64,000 bases of DNA from an uncultured Candidatus Peribacteria bacterium. Its GTDB lineage: Bacteria > Patescibacteriota > Gracilibacteria > BD1-5 > UBA2023. The translations under genes were made by a program, and so were the position numbers. The notes below the pieces were generated by a model. The model made no database searches. It was not told the DNA's origin and worked only from the letters and a program-made list of their open reading frames with translations. Where the stretch lies: assembly GCA_964482035.1 (NCBI GenBank), contig CAYZVC010000001.1:337874-401873 (forward strand), written 5' to 3'. How positions within the stretch are numbered: position 1 is the stretch's first letter; each line of letters starts with the position of its first letter. Of this stretch, positions 52,404 through 63,377 are shown piece after piece.

Positions 52404-55400
52404 TTACTTGTTGGTTGCAGGCTTCCGTACGTTTTTCTTCTTCGCGGACTTTTTCGCCTCCGCCGCTTTCTTGGAGAGTTGCTCCGATACGTACGACAGA
52501 ACGGCCTTTTCTCCACCCTTCGTTTTGGATTTTGCGAGCTTCGCCACGTTTGCTGCGGCCTTGGAGAGCGCGTTGGATTTCGCTTCCGGAGTTTTGCCTT
52601 CGAGATTGAGCGATTTGACGATGCGGTCCACTACGAGACGGTCGATTTTCGGTTTCACGCCTTGCGGTACGTTTTTAGATGTCGCGTTTATTCCCAATTT
52701 CGCGAGCGTGCCGGTCTTGGCGATTTCGTTCGCCGCCGCATAAGGATCTTCGGACGGTTTCACGTTCTTCTTGCTCGGGACGTTTTTCTTGTTCGCGTTC
52801 GTGCTTTGCGAAGTTCAGCTTCCGGAAACGCTTCCGGTCTTGGTCGTGGGGGTTTGCGCTACCGGTGCGGAGTATCCGCCCCCGCCCCCTCCTCCGCCGC
52901 CGGACGAACTGCGGACCACGGCGTTTTTCGAAGTGACGGTGAACGTTGCGGTCACTCCGCCGACGTTGAGCGTCGCCGAAGCGGTACCCAGCGCGTTCGC
53001 GGACGAGACGACCTTTACGCGTACGCTGTCGCCGGAAGTCACGGTGGACGTTCCGGTTACGAAGGCGGCGTTATTCACCGAGTAACTTCCGCCGCTGACG
53101 GTCACGGTCGCTGGGGCATTGAATCCGGTAAGGGTCACCGGATCGGAGATGACTTCTGACGTGAATTCCGCGCCGCTCTTCGGAGCGAAAGAATACGCGT
53201 CCGGAACCGAATCGCTCGGTGCCGCGAATCCGTAGTACGAGAAGTGGTCGGCTTCGAATTGGCATACCGATGCCGAAACCACGCATTCAGCTACGTGCTG
53301 GAAGTTCGTTCCGTCGTTGGAATGGTAGACTCGGAGGGTCTTACCATTGAGGGCGGCACCCACCTCGACCTTCACGGTTACGGTCTTTCCCGAGAAGGCG
53401 AGCCTCGCGGTATCGTTACCGATGGCGAATACCGAACCGGTCTGCGAGTATCCCGTATCGCTGACGCTGTCCGATACGGAGGCCGTTTTCGGTGCGGAGA
53501 ATTTTCCATCCCAGCCGTTGGTTCCGATGACGAGTCCGTCGAGGGGGAATTTCGCGGAATGCTTTCCGTCTTCGCTGTATACGGTCACCGATCCGCTCGA
53601 ATTGCCGAATTCGGCGCCGGTGGACGTGGAATCCTGGAACCATACGGAACCCGTTGCGGTAATGTCGTTTCCGTAATCGGACGAGGTCGCGGTCTTAGGC
53701 GTTTTTACCGCGATGGCGGAGCTCTTCGCCCCGTCTTTCCCGTTCACGGTTCCGTACGCTTTGAAATAGTACTGCGTATCGGCGGAGAGTCCGGATACGG
53801 TAACGGAATGCGAAGTTCCGCTCGACGATTCGGAAGCGAGCGAGGAGAGGGAATTCGGATCGGTTCCGTACGCGACGGATCCGAGAGAATCGACATCGGT
53901 GGCGAAGGTCGCTACGAATCCCGTACCGGTAACCTGCGATGACGAAACTCCAGAAACCGCGGGCGTTCTCGTTACGGTGACGCTCACGGTCGTTACGTGG
54001 CCTACGGAGTCGGTGGCGGACGCTTCGAACGTGGAATCTCCCGAGGGGAGCGGCAGGGTTTTCGACCAGTTTCCGTTCGTGAGAGGCAAGGCTTGTCCTC
54101 AGACGGAGAACGTCGCCAACCCTCCGGTGTCGGAGACGCTTCCCGTAAGGACGATTAGCGAGCCTTCCGCCGATGCGCCGTTCGTATGCGAAGATATCGA
54201 AAGCGCGGGGGAGGCCGTGTCCACGGTAATTACGGCGTTCGCAGAAGTGGATACGCCCGCGAGGTCGGTAAAAGTGGCGTACGCGGTCTTCGATCCGTCT
54301 CCGGCGGAAAGGTCGAGGGCGACGTCCGCGCTCGATCCTCCGATCAGGGTTCCGGTATGCGTGCCCACTACGTCGCCGGTGATTTCGTAATCTACGGTTT
54401 TACTTGCTGAGACCCGAACTACGACCGAGTTCGAGCCGACGATCGCTCCGCTTAGGAATGCGACGCTTCCGTCCGCCGGTACGACGGATTTCCCTACGGT
54501 TCCGAGTGCGGTCGCTCCGACGTTTCCGACGTAGTCGGTGACGTATGCGGAATAGCTTATCATTCCATCGTCGAACGAAGAAAGGTCGAAAGTCGACGAG
54601 AATCGGCCGTCGGATCCGACGACGAGGGTTCCGCTCGTGGAATGCGCGAAGTTCCGATCGTGGATTTCGTAGTTTACCGAATTTCCGATTTCACCGCTTC
54701 CGGAAAGTCCGGAAAGTACGGTGGAACCAACCGTTCAGGTTCCGATCACGGCGTCGCCGTTCAATGTGAAATCCGTCGGCGTGTCGGGGGCGACGGTGTC
54801 CACGTACGCGTTCACGGAGTCGGATGCGGAAGAGTTCCCCGCTACGTCGTACGCGATGACGCGGAAGAAGTGGGCTCCTTCTCCGAGGGTCAGCGTAACG
54901 CCGGTGGAGCTCGTGATGCCGGAATGGGTAAGCAGCGCAAAATCGAAATCGTCCGAAACTTCGTACCGGTACGGCTCTGGCGGGAGTCAGGAACCCGTAT
55001 CGGAAGCGGAGGTCCATTCGAACGCCACGTCGGCGATCTTAGAATTCGTTATGAAAGGCGAAGCGATCGGCTTCACGGGTGCTACGGAGTCGACGAAGAA
55101 GGTCTTTTCGTAGATGGGGGATACGAAATTCCGCGCGTTTTTATATTGGAAGCGGATGACGTTCGTTCCATCCGGCGCGGAAACGAGGGGAATGGATACG
55201 GTTCCGGAAGCGGTAGCCCTAGTAATCGTATCGGCGTTCACGTTCTGAAACAGGTACGTTCCTTGCCCGTCGAGCGAAACGATCGCCGCGAGGCCGTTTT
55301 TCGAGCGTACGTCCCCGCTCCCGGTCGTCGACGTAACGTCGACGCCTCCCGTCATCGTTTCTATGTGCACGGCGTCGATTCCCACCTGGTCGAGGCCTCA

Positions 55401-57617
55401 CGACAGGGTGTTGTCCTTCGCGTAGGTCCATGTGAATTCGTGCTGTCCGTTCGTAACGGAAGCAGTTACCGGCATCCAAGCGTTTTCTCAGGACAATTCG
55501 TTTTTAAGGTTTCCGTCGACGTAGAGCTTAAGTTTGTCATACGTTTTTTCGGTCGACGTCCTCGCGAAGAACGAGAGGTATCCGGTGTCGGTGGTTGCCG
55601 AATAAGTGACGCTTGCGGATTCCTTATCTGCGATGGCCGGCGACTGGAGGGATTTGTTCCCGATCGCGCCGGTGGAGCTGGTGAGCGTCCAGATTCCGGA
55701 ACCGGACGTCGTCCAGCCTGCCGGAATCGAAACGTCGTTTTCGAAACTTTCGTCCGAAGTCACGAAAGCCGGGTAAGCGATTTCTTCGTTCACTCCAACC
55801 GCGTCCCATGCGTTCGCTACGGATGCCGCATAAGCCGGATTTACGGCGTTCGCCGCGTCGATCCAAGCTTGGCGTGCGGTTTGGTAGGTGGCTTCGCTCG
55901 TAACGAAATTCGTATTGGCTTCGTACGCTATGCGCGCCGCGTTCTGCAACCCGATTCCGTCGACGCTGTACAAAAGACCGTCGTTGACGCCTTTGCCGCC
56001 TTCTGCGAGAAGGTAGTAGAAGAAGTTCTGCACGCCGCTGTTCTGGTGGACGCCCCCGTTATCGCCGGTTCCCGAGTACCAATAGGTTCCCTTGTATTTG
56101 GTGGGCTGCTCGCCGCCGGTTCCGACCGTTACGGTATTCGCGGGGTCGCGCATGTCACGGAGCGACGAGTATCCGATACCCGGAAGACGGAGGATGTCTT
56201 CGCCGATGAGCCAGTCTCCCTTGCCGGGCGCGGCGTTCGGGTACGATGCCCGATCGTCGACCTGAGTGAGGAGCTCTACGGTGCTTCCCATGATGTCCGA
56301 GAACGATTCGTTGAGCGCTCCGGCTTCGTTGAGATATACGAGGTTCGAGGTGTTTTCCGTCCACGCATGGGAGAACTCGTGCGCTACGACGTCGAGAGTT
56401 GCGAGCGGAGCGAGATTGGTGCCGTCCCCGTCCCCGAAATAGAAGCCGTCTCCAGGATTCCAGAACGCGTTATTGTAATTGTTTCCGTAGTGGACTGTGA
56501 ATCCTACCAAGGTCTGCCCGGTCGCGCTGAACGCGATATTCTGGACCGTAAAACCGAGAGGCTTGAAGAATTCGAGGGTTTTCTGAAGATTGTACGCGGC
56601 AGAAACCTCCGTCGGATCGGACGATCCCCATGAAGGCGTGCTTCTGAAAGCCACGCTGTCCGCGTCGGTATACGTTCCGCTGTTCGTGGAGAAGTTATAT
56701 ACGTATACGAGGCGGTCGACCGGGTCCCACATATAGGTATTTCCGTCTCCGGAATAGACCGTACCGGAAAACGATACCTGGGCGCCGCCTTCGCCGGGAA
56801 GGAGGTCGCCCGTAATATCCACCGGAGAGTTGTGCGCAACCGTTTCGTACGAACGGATCGTTTTTCCACTCTTCGCGTCTATTACGTAGCGGATTTTGGA
56901 GGGGCCGTTCTTCGTCGTTTCGAAGGACGCGTCGTACTGCCATACGAGGTTCTGACCCGATGCTTCGGCCAAAATGGCGAGTTCGGGTTTCGAAACCTTG
57001 AATTTCGGCTGCTTCCCGTACGCGGCGGTCGCGACTGCGGCGGCTTGCTTGGAAGTTACGATCGGGGTCGTTCCTACGGTCACGTCCGCGACGTAATCGC
57101 CGTCGATCTGGTAGAGCTCGCCGTCTTTGCTTACGTGGCCGACGACGTCGGATCCGATGACCGGGAGGCCGGAGTAGGATTGCTTGAGGCGGACGTGTTT
57201 TTCACCCGTGAGTTTCGATACGGTTTCCGATTCTGTTACGAGCTTGGCCTTTTTCGCTCAGTTTTTCTGGGCGTAGAGAGTGGAGAGGTCGTCAAAAACC
57301 GCCTGCACGTCGGAAGCGACGTTCTTGGTAGCTTTGGATTTGAGCCCCGTAATTTGCTTCGGCTTCGCGGCCGCGTCGTTCCAACGGATTTCCGTTCCCG
57401 AATATTTGGCGGCCTTTCCGCTCTTTTCGAGGGCGGATTTCTGCGCCTTGAGCCGGGTTTTAAGTTCGGTAGGCGCTTTGGCCATCCCCGCTTGCGACGC
57501 CGTCTTCTGGACGGGTTTCTGCGAAGTTTCGGCGTATGTTGCCGGAACTCCTACGGAATTGGCGAAAACCGCGAGCGAAGCGGCGGTCGCGACGATTTTT
57601 TTGAACAGCGGGGACAT
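52404..57617 (-). CDS. giant secreted M4 (thermolysin-family) metalloprotease with Ig-like/FN3-like array and Lys/Ala-rich tail
   Basis: Six track fragments (57258, 55488, 54987, 54099, 52815, 52404) are all in one frame and joined by 7 TGA; gaps were checked. Signal peptide MSPLFKKIVATAASLAVFANS. VVAHEFSHAW (HExxH at 56367-56381) and GALNESFSD. 1737 aa. Confidence 0.85.
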
Positions 57618-57717
57618 GTGGCCGGAACGGTTACGGCAATATCCTTACTATTGAGCCACAAAGGCTTTTGTTTCGCAATTATTTCGATACAATCCGCAGG
57701 TTCTTTTTCCAGCAATT

Positions 57718-59157
57718 ATGAAATACGAAATCGTCATGGGTCTCGAGACCCACGTCCGCGTCAAATCCGAAACCAAAATGTTCTGTTCCTGCCGCAATGC
57801 GGTGGCGCTCGCCGAAGAGCCGAACGAGAACGTCTGCGGCGTCTGCATGGGCTTCCCGGGCATGCTCCCGGTCTTGAACGACAAAATCGTCGATTTGGCC
57901 GTGCGCGCTTCCAACGCCATGCGTATGACGGTGAACGAGGTTTCGATCTTCGACCGCAAGTCGTATTTCTACCCGGATCTTCCGACCGGTTTCCAGATCA
58001 CCCAGCTTTTCCATCCCATCGCCGAACACGGCGAGGTGAAAACGATGGTCGAGTGAGTAGAAAAGACCTTCCGCATCGGTCGCATGCACATCGAGAATGA
58101 CGCGGGCAAGCTGGTCCATGCTGGTTCGTCGACCCTTCTCGACTACAATCGTGCCGGTTCTCCGCTCATGGAAATCGTCACCGAGCCCGACTTCCGCTCG
58201 AAGGCCGACGTCATCGCCTATCTCGAAGAGCTCCAGAAGATCATGCGCTGGTGCGGCGCTTCCGACGCCGACATGGAAAAGGGGCAGCTCCGTTGCGACG
58301 TCAACATCTCCATCCGCCTTGCGGGAACCGACGTCCTCAACAACCGCGTGGAACTCAAGAACCTCAACTCGTTCTCCGCTATCGGCCGTGCCATCGACAA
58401 CGAATACGCCCGCCAAATCGAAATGTACGAAGCCGGCGTCCGCGTCGCGCAGGAAACCCGCGGTTGGGACGACGAACACGGCGAATCCCGACCGCAGCGT
58501 TCCAAAGAAGACGCCATGGATTACCGGTATTTCCCTGAACCGGACCTTCCGCCGCTCCACGTCTCGAAAGAATTCGTCGACGCCCGTCTCGTGCCGGAAC
58601 TCCCCATCGACCGTCGCCGAAAATACCTTGCCGATTATAAACTTCAGGAGGACGACGCGCGTATCCTTTCGAACGAACGTACGCTCTCGGACTATTACGA
58701 AGAACTCGTCGCACTCACCGGCGATGCCAAGAAATCGTGCTCGTACGTTACGACCGTCCTTTTCGCTATCGTTCAGGAACATAATTCCCGCGTCCGCTCC
58801 GAGGAATCCAAGTCGTTCCTCGCGGTTCCCGCCAAAGAACTCGCGCGCGTCATCGCCCTCGTGGCGAAGGATGAGCTTTCTTCTACCAACTCTAAGACGG
58901 TCGTGGAAGAACTCTTCGAAAACGGAGGTTCCACCGATGAAATCGTCGACCGCCTCGGTCTCCGCCAGGTTAACGATACCGGCGCCCTCGAAGCCGTGGT
59001 AGAACAGGTAGTTACCGAGTTCGCGGCACAGGTCGCCGAATACCAGGCCGGCAAGGTTCAGCTCTTCGGTTTTCTCGTCGGTTCGTGCATGAAGGCTTCG
59101 AAGGGGCAGGGGAACCCCAAGATGTTCACCGAAATGCTCAAGAAGCGCCTCGGCTAG
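57718..59157 (+). CDS. gatB: Asp/Glu-tRNA amidotransferase subunit B
   Basis: MKYEIVMGLETHVRV...CGVCMGFPGMLPVLN...MVE-[TGA]-VEKTFRIGRMHIENDAGK...; the two fragments are in frame. Confidence 0.95.
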
Positions 59158-59190
59158 CCAAATCTGCCGTAATATATTCGACATTCACGT

Positions 59191-59218
59191 TTGACAATTC
59201 GAATCGCGACGGTATAAA
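59191..59218 (+). promoter_or_regulatory. near-consensus promoter
   Basis: TTGACA (59191-59196), 16-nt spacer, TATAAA (59213-59218), 51 nt upstream of ATG 59269. Confidence 0.45.
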
Positions 59219-59233
59219 AACCCCGTCGCGATT
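59202..59233 (+). terminator. gatB terminator hairpin
   Basis: aatcgcgacgg-tataaaaacc-ccgtcgcgatt followed by ttt. The loop carries the -10 box listed above. Confidence 0.55.
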
Positions 59234-59268
59234 TTGCGTCCCAAAACACATACGGAAAGGATTCCATT

Positions 59269-59922
59269 ATGTCAAAACATCCAGGGTTCGGCCATGAACG
59301 GGATAAAGATGACGATAACGTAACCACGCTTCCTATCGCCTTGAAACGCGTGGCCCAAATCGCCGCGTACCTTGAATCCATCAAGAAAGGGGACGACGGC
59401 GTTCTCAAGATGCGCCTTGCCGAAATCAAGCAGGAAAAATGGACCGTTGCCGAATGGAACACGTTCGGTATCGCGGCCCGCGTCGCACTCATCAACCACC
59501 AATCCTACGGCCTCGTAATTTCGGCCATTCAGGAAATGGGCGGATACTGAAACCCGAAACAGGAGAAGGATATGTCGGATCCTAAAAACCAAGTCACCGC
59601 GGAGCTCGATTTTTCCGCAAGCTTCGAAATCGGCGAATTCGTTCGCCAAATGGCCGGTTGTGACGAGGAAGCCTACTACCGCTACCAGATTTCCCAGCTT
59701 CGCAAGAAGCCGTGGTCTCCGGCGGGTTGGACCCTCCTCGTCACCGTCGTCTCGGTCGTTTTCCACGGAAACGGCCAACGCAAACAGGAAGTTCTGGAAA
59801 TCGCGCGGGAAATGGGGGCGACCCTATGACCGGCTCGGCTATCCGGAGTTTCCTCGATACGCAAGAAACCGCAAGAAGGCGTTCGACCTGGAATTGGTCG
59901 CGACGTCCGTTCGCATCGGTAA
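59269..59922 (+). CDS. two-module small-protein paralog fusion (table-25 reading)
   Basis: Module 1 ends ...ISAIQEMGGY-[TGA 59548] and module 2 ends ...LEIAREMGATL-[TGA 59827]. Same frame, with no TAA/TAG until 59920. Under the standard code these would be two genes (59269-59550 and 59572-59829). Confidence 0.45.
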
Positions 59923-59930
59923 TCGTCGAC

Positions 59931-60164
59931 ATGACCGCTAAGGACGACGTCCAAGAGCTCGTTCTTGAGATGCTGACCAAATCGCGCCAAGGCCTGACGC
60001 AGAAGGAAGTGGACGATTTCCTCTCCAAAAAAAGGACGCCCGAGGCCTGGAACCTCATTTCGCTCGTATTGCAGACCCTGTTCGAAGACCATCCGTCGGC
60101 ACCCGACATCCTTCGGAAAATCCAAGACATGGGCTGTCTCGAGTGGAAGTCCGATCCTCGATAG
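59931..60164 (+). CDS. third paralog module (77 aa; alternative start ATG 59826)
   Basis: ...KKRTPEAWNLISLVLQTLFEDHPSAPDILRKIQDMGCLEW shares the W..(A/E).W...(I/L)...EMG pattern with the two upstream modules. TAG at 60162. Confidence 0.5.
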   Translation: MTAKDDVQELVLEMLTKSRQGLTQKEVDDFLSKKRTPEAWNLISLVLQTLFEDHPSAPDILRKIQDMGCLEWKSDPR

Positions 60165-60188
60165 TTCGCTCGTAAAGGAGGCGAACTC

Positions 60189-60216
60189 AAAACCCCCGCA
60201 TGAACGCGGGGGTTTT
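60189..60216. terminator. bidirectional terminator
   Basis: aaaacccccgc-atgaac-gcgggggtttt hairpin between convergent genes. Confidence 0.7.
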
Positions 60217-60244
60217 TCTTGCGTGCGGACTGAGCCGAGCGCCT

Positions 60245-61018
60245 TTACGTCGTGGTGAGGATTTCGCAACCGTCTTCGGTGACGAGGATGGTATGTTCGA
60301 ACTGCGCACTGAGTTTGCCGTCGAAAGTCTTGACCGTCCAGCCGTCGGAAAGAAGCTTCGTCTTATGGGTTCCGGCGTTGATCATCGGTTCGATGGTGAA
60401 GACCATTCCGACTTCCATCTTCGATCCTGAGTCCTTGGGGGCCTTGTGCACGATGTACGGCTCTTCGTGGAAGTATACGCCCGTTCCGTGGCCGGTGTAG
60501 TCGCGTACGACGCCGTACCCGAGCTTTTCAGCGTAGTTGCCGATTGCGAATCCGATGTTTCCGAAACGGTTTCCGGGACGGACTTCGGAAATGCCGATTT
60601 CCAACGCTTTTTTCGTGGCGTCGACGAGCTTTTTCGATTCGTTCGAAACGTTGCCTACGAGGTACATCCGGGAGGTGTCGCCGAAGTACCCGTCGACGAT
60701 GGTAGTGACGTCGATGTTCACGATGTCACCCTCCTTGAGAACCGTTTTCGAATCGGGAATCCCATGGCAGACGACGTCGCCGATGGAGATGCAGGTGAAC
60801 TTGGGATATCCGTGGTAGCCGATGCAGGCGGAAATGCCGCCGTTCTTCAAAATGAACGCGTTGCAGATGTTGTCGAGCTCCTCGGTGTTGATACCCGGCT
60901 TCACGTATTGTCCGATCATGTCGAGCGTCGCGGCGGCGAGCCAGGAAGAGCGGCGGATGCCTTCGATCTGTTCCGGGGTCTTGATGATGATGCCGTTCTG
61001 GCGGTGTGCTTTTGACAT
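60245..61018 (-). CDS. map: type I methionine aminopeptidase
   Basis: IIIKTPEQIEGIRRS...GYHGYP...NIDVT...HGTG...TIEPM...EHT, the MetAP metal-ligand pattern. Start chosen at MSKAHRQNG. Confidence 0.9.
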   Translation of the reverse strand: MSKAHRQNGIIIKTPEQIEGIRRSSWLAAATLDMIGQYVKPGINTEELDNICNAFILKNGGISACIGYHGYPKFTCISIGDVVCHGIPDSKTVLKEGDIVNIDVTTIVDGYFGDTSRMYLVGNVSNESKKLVDATKKALEIGISEVRPGNRFGNIGFAIGNYAEKLGYGVVRDYTGHGTGVYFHEEPYIVHKAPKDSGSKMEVGMVFTIEPMINAGTHKTKLLSDGWTVKTFDGKLSAQFEHTILVTEDGCEILTTT

Positions 61019-61104
61019 GGTATTCGGGAAATGACGTGCGATTATATTCCGGGAACGGTCGAACGCAAATTGCAAAATCCCCGCCTCGGATTATTATCCG
61101 CGCC

Positions 61105-62844
61105 ATGCGACACCTGAACGTCAAAATACAGCGTTACGAATTGCCCGGATGAGACGTTCTCATACGGGACACTTCGCTCATCATCAACGACGACGACCGA
61201 ATCGCCGTCGTTTGAGGGAACGGCGCGGGCAAAACGACGTTCATGAAGGTCGTCACCGGAGAAAAGACCATGGCCGACGACGCGGGAGAGAAATTCCTCT
61301 GACGTTTCGAAGGCTCCGTTGACAATACCGGCTGACTTACGCTCGGCTACCTCGCGCAAATACACTTCGACCAAGAGGAAAAAACCGTCGGCGAAGAACT
61401 TCGAAACGCGTTCCCTTTGGTTCTTGAAGCCGAAAAGGAACTTACGGCGTCAGAAGCGGGATTGGGCGACGAGAACGGCGTGGAACGGTATAGCGAAGCC
61501 TTGGAGAGGTTCAAGGCCGTGGGCGGGTACGATTACGAACGCGAAATCGACCGAGTTTCCCGCGGTATCGGAATTTTCCATTTGCTCGGTTCGAAGCTCA
61601 AGGAAGTTTCGGGCGGACAGCGTACGAAGATCGCCCTCGCGAAAATCCTCCTCCTCAAGCCGGATTTTCTCCTTTTGGACGAACCGACGAATTTCATCGA
61701 CCTCAAGAGCGCCGAGTGGCTCGAAAAGTACCTTCAGGAAACCTGGAAAGGCGGCTACCTCATCATTTCGCACGACCGCGAATTCTTGGACGCCACTTGC
61801 ACCAAGGTCTACGACGTGGTGAAGGGCCGCCCCATCGCCGAATACGTGGGCAACTACTCCGACTACGTCACCGAAAAGCGCCGTCTCGAAGAAAAGCTCA
61901 TGGAAGAATACGAACGGCACCTCGAATTCATGAAGTCGGAAAAGGCGCTTATCAACCGTTTCCGCGCGGGTTCGAGAGCGGGCTTCGCAAAGAGTCGCGA
62001 AAAGATGCTCGAACGCGTTGACGAGCCTGAAAAGCCGTTCATTCCGCCGCGTCCGAAGTTCCGCTTCGAATTCTCGGAACGTCCGGGTGAGAAAATTCTC
62101 GAATTCAAAGAGGCGTTCATCGGTCGCAAGGAGCCGCTTTTCTTCATTAGTGAAGTCGTCGCGCGCGAAAAGAACCGTATCGGCGTCGTAGGGGAAAACG
62201 GGGTGGGGAAGTCGACCCTCATCAAGACCATCCTCTGAACCGTCCCGCTTCTCGACGGGTATTTCTCCAAGCACAAGGCGCTCGAAATCGCCTACTACTC
62301 GCAGATGCACGAGGAACTCGACATGGAAGCCACGGTGTTCGAGAACTTCGAACGCGCCGGATTCGCGTTCACCCGCGAGCGGCTCGCTTCCATCTTGGGC
62401 AACTACGGTTTCGAATATTCCGACGTCGACCGAAAGGCGAGGGATTTTTCGGGAGGACAGATTTCCAAAATACTCTTCTCGATGATCGGCCTCCGGCCTT
62501 CGAATTTCCTCGTGCTCGACGAGCCTACCAACCACCTCGACTACGACAGCCGCGAGGCGCTCGAAAAGACGCTTAAGGAATACCCGGGCACCATCCTTTT
62601 CATCTCGCACGACCGCTACTTCGTCAATAAAGTCTCCACCCACCTCTGGATCGTTGAAGACGGCGAATTGACGCTGTCATACGGGAATTATGCCGATTAC
62701 CGACTGAAGAAGGAGCGTGGCATTTCCTATGACGTTTCCCTCTGGAACGACGAGGGCGAGCTCGACATGGTGTTGGAAGAGAAGCTCTGAAAGGCCGAAG
62801 CCAAGCGCATTAAGGAAAAATTCTGAAGAAACCACCGCAAATAG
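61105..62844 (+). CDS. ABC-F family ATPase
   Basis: Walker A VV-[TGA 61213-61215]-GNGAGKTT and a second one, GENGVGKSTL. Signature motifs LSGGQ-like (VSGGQRTKI, FSGGQISKI). 7 TGA. TAG at 62842. Confidence 0.9.
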
Positions 62845-62845
62845 C

Positions 62846-63376
62846 ATGCCGAAACTCCCTTCCTGAAAACTCCATAAAATTTCCTACGACGACGGCGTAG
62901 GGGAGTCGGTTTCGACGAATTCGCCCACGCGCATGCGTTCTGACGTGAAGCGCTTGGCCGAATCGACGAAACTGCGTTTCGAATCGGCGTTTCCGGAAGG
63001 TTTCACCGCGACCGAATACGCTACGGTCCTCATACGGAAATGTGCGTCCCTGCCTGCAGAGGAAAGGAGTGCCGAAGTCGATTCGACCATCCGAAAGCTC
63101 CTCTCCCTCGAAAGGCTCTGCTTTTCGTTCAGCATGGCTGATCGCGCCGATTTTTTCCGTCAAGCGAAGAGGTCGTACGTTTCCCGTCTTCTCGAATCGG
63201 TCCTTCCGAAATTGCGGAACGCCGGTTACCGGAACGAGACTCTCGAAACCTGGTCGAAATGGATATATGCGAAAGGGTTTACGGACATTGGGGATTTCTG
63301 GTTCTGGAACGGCTGGAGAGACCGTTTTTTCGCGGAAGAACACGCCCCGTACGAAGATATCCCGTTGAATTTCTAG
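62846..63376 (+). CDS. hypothetical protein
   Basis: ATG 62846 is in frame with track ORF 62933-63376 through one TGA. Confidence 0.45.
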
Positions 63377-63377
63377 A

